Shown one piece after another: positions 60,086 to 64,000 of a DNA stretch of 64,000 nt. This DNA is from an uncultured Acidobacteriota bacterium. Lineage in GTDB: Bacteria; Acidobacteriota; Thermoanaerobaculia; UBA5066; Gp7-AA6. A model generated the notes under the pieces. It was not told the origin of the DNA. It saw nothing but the letters and a program-made list of their open reading frames with translations, and made no database searches. The translations under genes were made by a program, and so were the position numbers. The first letter of the stretch is position 1, and each line of letters opens with the position of its first letter. The stretch is from contig CAWJKC010000003.1 in the NCBI GenBank assembly GCA_963843325.1, forward strand, positions 591,320 through 655,319, in the 5' to 3' direction.

Positions 60086-60814
60086 ATGCAAGCCCCGGGC
60101 GTGAACCCGAACAGGAAGACCGCCCGTCTGGCGGGGCTTCTCTACCTGCTCGCGAGCATCCCCGGCGCCTTTGCGCTCATCTACGTCCCGGGCAAGCTGG
60201 TCGTGCCGGGAGCCGCCGCGGCGACGGCCGACCGCCTCCGGGCTTCCGGGACCCTTCTGCGCATGGGCATCGGGGCGGAGCTCCTCGGCTTCTCCATCTT
60301 CATCTGGGTTGCGCTGGTCCTCTACCGCCTGTTCAAGCCGGTGAGCGCGCGGCACGCCCTGGCGATGATGGTGCTGTTCCTGATCTCGGCGCCCATCTCG
60401 TTCATCAACATCGTCAACGAGATCGCCGCGCTCGAGCTCGCCGGCGGCGCGGGCCGCGCCAACTACCTGTCGGCGATCGACCCGCACGTGCGCGACGCAC
60501 TGGCGTACCTCTTCCTCAATCTGCACGACGCCGGAAACATGGTCGCTCAGGTCTTCTGGGGGCTGTGGCTCGTTCCGTTCGGGATCTGCGTCATCCGGTC
60601 GGGATTCATCCCGCGCTTGCTGGGAGTCCTGCTGCTGATCGCGGCCCCGGGCTACGTGGCGAGCTCGGTGGGCGAGCTCGTCCTGCCGGCCTACGCTCCC
60701 GCGATCAGCCAGTTCACGAGCGTCCTGACCCTCGCGGAATTGCCGATCATCTTCTGGCTCCTGATCTGGGGCGCAAAGCCTCAGCGCGCTGGCGCTGGAG
60801 TGTCCTGGACGTAA
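60086..60814 (+). CDS. DUF4386 membrane protein
   Basis: TARLAGLLYL; FWGLWLVPFG..VIRSGFIPRLLG; ELPIIFWLLIWG. Confidence 0.85.
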   Translation: MQAPGVNPNRKTARLAGLLYLLASIPGAFALIYVPGKLVVPGAAAATADRLRASGTLLRMGIGAELLGFSIFIWVALVLYRLFKPVSARHALAMMVLFLISAPISFINIVNEIAALELAGGAGRANYLSAIDPHVRDALAYLFLNLHDAGNMVAQVFWGLWLVPFGICVIRSGFIPRLLGVLLLIAAPGYVASSVGELVLPAYAPAISQFTSVLTLAELPIIFWLLIWGAKPQRAGAGVSWT

Positions 60815-60837
60815 GGACGCTTCCCGACCGCCTCCCC

Positions 60838-60864
60838 TGTCACGTTTCGACGACCCGCTCGGTC
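60838..60864 (+). promoter_or_regulatory. Putative ECF41-dependent promoter
   Basis: TGTCACG-N16-GGTC versus the ECF41 consensus TGTCACA-N16-CGTC. Confidence 0.6.
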
Positions 60865-60896
60865 TTTCTTGTTGGATCGCAGAAGGGAGACCGACC

Positions 60897-61319
60897 ATGA
60901 ACAGGAATAAAGTCATCTACTGGATCGCCACGGGGCTCGTTTGCGCCGTCATGGTGTACAGCGCCATCAACTTCAACCTCAAGAACCCGCTGGGCCCGAT
61001 GAAGGGCGCCTTTCGCCACCTGGGGTATCCGGACTATTTTCGGATCGAGCTGACCGTCGCCAAGGCGCTCGGCGTCCTCGCGCTCCTGATCCCCGGGCTG
61101 CCGATCAAGGTCCGTGAGTTCGCGTACGCCGGCTTTGCCATCACGCTGATCTCGGCGGCCATCGCGCACTTCGGGGTCGGCGATCCGTTGTTCTTCATCC
61201 TCGACCCGCTCATCTTTCTCGGAGCGCTGATCACGTCGTATGTCTACTTCCAGAGGCTCCATCGCCCGGAACGGGTCGGTCAGCTGCCGGCGGCGGCAGA
61301 GATGAGAAAGTCGGCCTGA
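60897..61319 (+). CDS. DoxX-like membrane protein
   Basis: IYWIATGL; HLGYPDYF; KALG; EFAYAG; AH motifs. Confidence 0.85.
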   Translation: MNRNKVIYWIATGLVCAVMVYSAINFNLKNPLGPMKGAFRHLGYPDYFRIELTVAKALGVLALLIPGLPIKVREFAYAGFAITLISAAIAHFGVGDPLFFILDPLIFLGALITSYVYFQRLHRPERVGQLPAAAEMRKSA

Positions 61320-61326
61320 CGTAGTC

Positions 61327-62256
61327 ATGAGACGGAACTTCGAGAACGACCCGGGAACCGTGGGGCGCCCACCCGACAATACGAAGGGCCTGGCGCTCTT
61401 CGAGGAGCATCGCAAGCTCCTGTTCTCGATCGCGTACCGCATGCTCGGCAGCGTGGCCGACGCCGAAGACGTGCTCCAGGAGACGTTCCTGCGCTGGCAG
61501 CGCGCCTCCGCCGACGACATCCGCTCGCCGCGATCCTTCCTGGTCACGATCGTCAGCCGCCTCTGCATCAACCAGCTCCAGTCCGCCCACGCCCGACGCG
61601 AGACGTACGTCGGCGAGTGGCTTCCCGAGCCGCTGGTCACCGACCCGGAAAGCAACCCCGCGGCGGTCGTCCAGGTGGACGAATCCGTCTCGATGGCGCT
61701 CCTGCTGCTTCTGGAGCGGCTGACGCCGCCCGAGCGGGCGGTGTTTCTCCTGCACGAAGTCTTCGACTACAAGCACGCCGAGATCGGGGAGGCGCTCGGC
61801 CTGACGGAGTCGAACAGCCGTCAGCTCCTGCGGCGCGCCCAGCAGCACGTCCAGCTCACGCGGCCGCGTTTCCGGGCGCCCACGGGCGAACACGGGGAGC
61901 TGCTCGAACGCTTCTCGGAAGCCGCGCGCCGGGGCGACATGGACCACCTGATCTCGCTGCTCTCGAGCGAAGTCGTGATGCACACGGACGGCGGCGGCAA
62001 GGCCTCGGCCCTCATGCTTCCGATTTACGGGCCGGAGAAGGTGGCCCAGGCGAGCGTGCACGGCTTGAGAAGGCTGCTGTCGCTCAACGTGACGCAGCGA
62101 TTCGTCGAGATCAACGGCCTGCCCGGCGTCGTGAGCTACCAGGATGGGCGGCCGCAGTCCGTGTTCACCCTCGAAGCGAAAGACGGGCGCATCGCGGCGA
62201 TCTACATCGTCACCAATCCGGAGAAGCTCTCCCGCCTCCCGCCTCCGCCGTCCTGA
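61327..62256 (+). CDS. ECF41 (SigJ-like) sigma factor with SnoaL-like C-terminal extension
   Basis: AYRMLGS..DAED, YVGEWLPEP, DGGGK, NPEKL. Confidence 0.92.
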   Translation: MRRNFENDPGTVGRPPDNTKGLALFEEHRKLLFSIAYRMLGSVADAEDVLQETFLRWQRASADDIRSPRSFLVTIVSRLCINQLQSAHARRETYVGEWLPEPLVTDPESNPAAVVQVDESVSMALLLLLERLTPPERAVFLLHEVFDYKHAEIGEALGLTESNSRQLLRRAQQHVQLTRPRFRAPTGEHGELLERFSEAARRGDMDHLISLLSSEVVMHTDGGGKASALMLPIYGPEKVAQASVHGLRRLLSLNVTQRFVEINGLPGVVSYQDGRPQSVFTLEAKDGRIAAIYIVTNPEKLSRLPPPPS

Positions 62257-62268
62257 CCGGCGGAAATC

Positions 62269-62292
62269 GGGAGAGGGAGCCAGGGCGAGGGC
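62269..62292 (-). repeat. Half copy of the CCCTC hairpin repeat
   Basis: Reverse complement GCCCTCGCCCTGGCTCCCTCTCCC. Confidence 0.45.
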
Positions 62293-62349
62293 TTTCGGGC
62301 CCTCCCGTCGGGTGGATAATCGCGCTTCGCCCCTTCGAAGGAGGTCTTC

Positions 62350-62874
62350 ATGCACACGCGACCGCGGTCCATCGTCGTACGCCGGATCCTTTCCATTGCC
62401 GCCCTCTCCCTCGTGGCGGTCACGGCCACCGGCCGAGGGGCCGACGCGGACTCTGTCACCGGCTCCTTCACTGCCGGCGGAAAAACCTACAAGCTGGCGC
62501 ACGTCTATGCCCGGCGACAGCCCAGCATGACCGACAAGGGCCAGACCGTCGTGGTCATCCTGATGACCGACACCGAAGTCCCGAAGAGCGTCGTCGACGA
62601 TCGGTACCGGCTCGAGCTGACCGACCTGGCCCGCGCGGGAAAGGTGCATGGCGTGTCGGTGACGCTCGGTCCGGATGGGAAGCCATCCGGCACCGGATTC
62701 ACGTACGCGAAGGAGTTCGACGGCGCCATCGTCAATCGCGCCGACCAGCAGACGTCCCAGGTGAAGGTCGGCGAAACGCGGGCCGAGGGAGATCTCTCCG
62801 GCAACGGGACCTTTGGCAGCGACAAGTGGCAGTACACCGCGAGCGTCAAGGCCACACTCGCGACGATCAAGTAA
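62350..62874 (+). CDS. Secreted hypothetical protein
   Basis: GGAGG RBS; signal peptide; similar to the N-domain of 25369-26235. Confidence 0.75.
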   Translation: MHTRPRSIVVRRILSIAALSLVAVTATGRGADADSVTGSFTAGGKTYKLAHVYARRQPSMTDKGQTVVVILMTDTEVPKSVVDDRYRLELTDLARAGKVHGVSVTLGPDGKPSGTGFTYAKEFDGAIVNRADQQTSQVKVGETRAEGDLSGNGTFGSDKWQYTASVKATLATIK

Positions 62875-63002
62875 GAAGGCTCGAGCCCTTCCCTCCGGTC
62901 CCCGTCCGCATCGGCGAAGGCGTTCGAACGAGGCCCGATGTGCGCCACCTTACCAGCCCGGCGCCGGGACCAGGCGCACAATGGGCTCCAAAGGAGCCTT
63001 GC

Positions 63003-63722
63003 ATGACCTCACGCCGATCCTCGCTTCTTGCCGCGCTGTTCGCCGGCGCCATCCTCGCCGTCGCGGCACCCGCGTTCCCGCAGTCCTGGGGACTCGGGGA
63101 CCAGGTCCTGACCCTCAGCTCCGCCGCCTTTCGCCCGCTGGTCAACGGGGCGATCACGAACTACAGCACCGGGTACATCTACGGCACCGCCCTCTACGTC
63201 GCGCCGCTCGAGCTGCCCGACGGGGCGGAGATCTTCCAGGTCTGCGTGTACGCCGACGATCCGGACGTGTTCTCGCTGGCCGTCGCGGCGATCGATCGCG
63301 TCCTGCTTCCCGGCAGCGGACAATTCAGCGGCGATGACGAAGTCGCCGGGTCGAACGTCGTCGCGGACTTCGACACCGGCCGCGGCGTGGTCTGCTCGGC
63401 GCCCTTCTCGTACGTGTCCCGGCAATACGACGGCGTCATCGGCGAGAGCCAGTTCCACCAGGTGCGGGTCACCCTCAACTCCAACGCGGGCCTCGGGGCC
63501 GTGCAGATCCACTGGCGGCGCCAGGTCAGCACGCCGCCCGTCGTCGCGACTTTCAACGACGTTTCCGTCATCGACCCGGGCTACAAGTTCATCGAGGCCC
63601 TCGTGTCTGCGGGCATCACGTCGGGCTGCGGCGGCGGCAACTTCTGTCCGGACGCTGTCCTCACGCGGCGGCAGATGGCCGTGTTCCTGTCGAAGGCTCT
63701 CGGTCTGAACTGGAGGGACTGA
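63003..63722 (+). CDS. Secreted protein with one C-terminal SLH-like domain
   Basis: Signal peptide; FNDV...IEALVSAGITSGCGGGNFCPD...TRRQMAVFL. Confidence 0.85.
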   Translation: MTSRRSSLLAALFAGAILAVAAPAFPQSWGLGDQVLTLSSAAFRPLVNGAITNYSTGYIYGTALYVAPLELPDGAEIFQVCVYADDPDVFSLAVAAIDRVLLPGSGQFSGDDEVAGSNVVADFDTGRGVVCSAPFSYVSRQYDGVIGESQFHQVRVTLNSNAGLGAVQIHWRRQVSTPPVVATFNDVSVIDPGYKFIEALVSAGITSGCGGGNFCPDAVLTRRQMAVFLSKALGLNWRD

Positions 63723-63743
63723 AGAAGAGGGTCGCGGACCGGA

Positions 63744-64000
63744 TCAGGAGTTCGCGACCTCGGCGCCCTCGGTCAGGGCCGCCTTGCGCTCTTCCATCTC
63801 TTCGCCGAGCTGCTCCAGCATCTCCTCGTCGATCCGCTTCTTCGTGTTCGGGAAGAGCTCGCCTTCCTCTTCCTCGACGTGGTGCTCGATGTTCTCCCTC
63901 AGGACCGTGACCTTGGCGTCGTATTGCTCGTCCTCGGGCTTCATCTTCGAGATCTCCGCGATCAGGAGCTTCGCGACGTGGTGCTCCTCGTCGGCCTCGC
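63744..64000 (-). CDS. Hemerythrin domain protein (5' part outside the window)
   Basis: EADEEHHVAK...VLRENIEHHVEEEE.ELFP. Confidence 0.85.
   Translation of the reverse strand, partial: EADEEHHVAKLLIAEISKMKPEDEQYDAKVTVLRENIEHHVEEEEGELFPNTKKRIDEEMLEQLGEEMEERKAALTEGAEVANS

Overview
High-GC chromosomal segment, most likely from an Acidobacteriota genome, probably Thermoanaerobaculia. This is inferred from four ADOP-type duplicated ABC permeases, acidobacterial PadR genes and Cys-containing SLH-like repeats. It holds about 55 accessory genes: secreted hydrolases and peptidases, VOC, DinB and DUF4386 proteins, two ECF sigma modules, ArfB and GGT. About ten genes carry apparent single-base frameshifts that look like assembly errors. 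No rRNA, tRNA, CRISPR array, transposase or integrase was recognised. Main observations: (1) an integrase-less integron cassette array on the minus strand (~2.4-5.75 kb) with an attI-like site, one intact attC and two progressively decayed attCs; (2) a dispersed, covarying, multi-stem CGTC-ended repeat family, with three of four copies abutting stop codons; (3) three PadR-ADOP modules, each with its own start-proximal palindrome, where the permease N-terminal prefix domain occurs only when a PadR is adjacent; (4) a fused versus split pair of unannotated secreted domains; (5) GTAG REPIN-like elements and CCCTCTCCC hairpins, one read through inside a CDS; (6) an ECF41 promoter in front of a DoxX gene; (7) many apparently leaderless genes.
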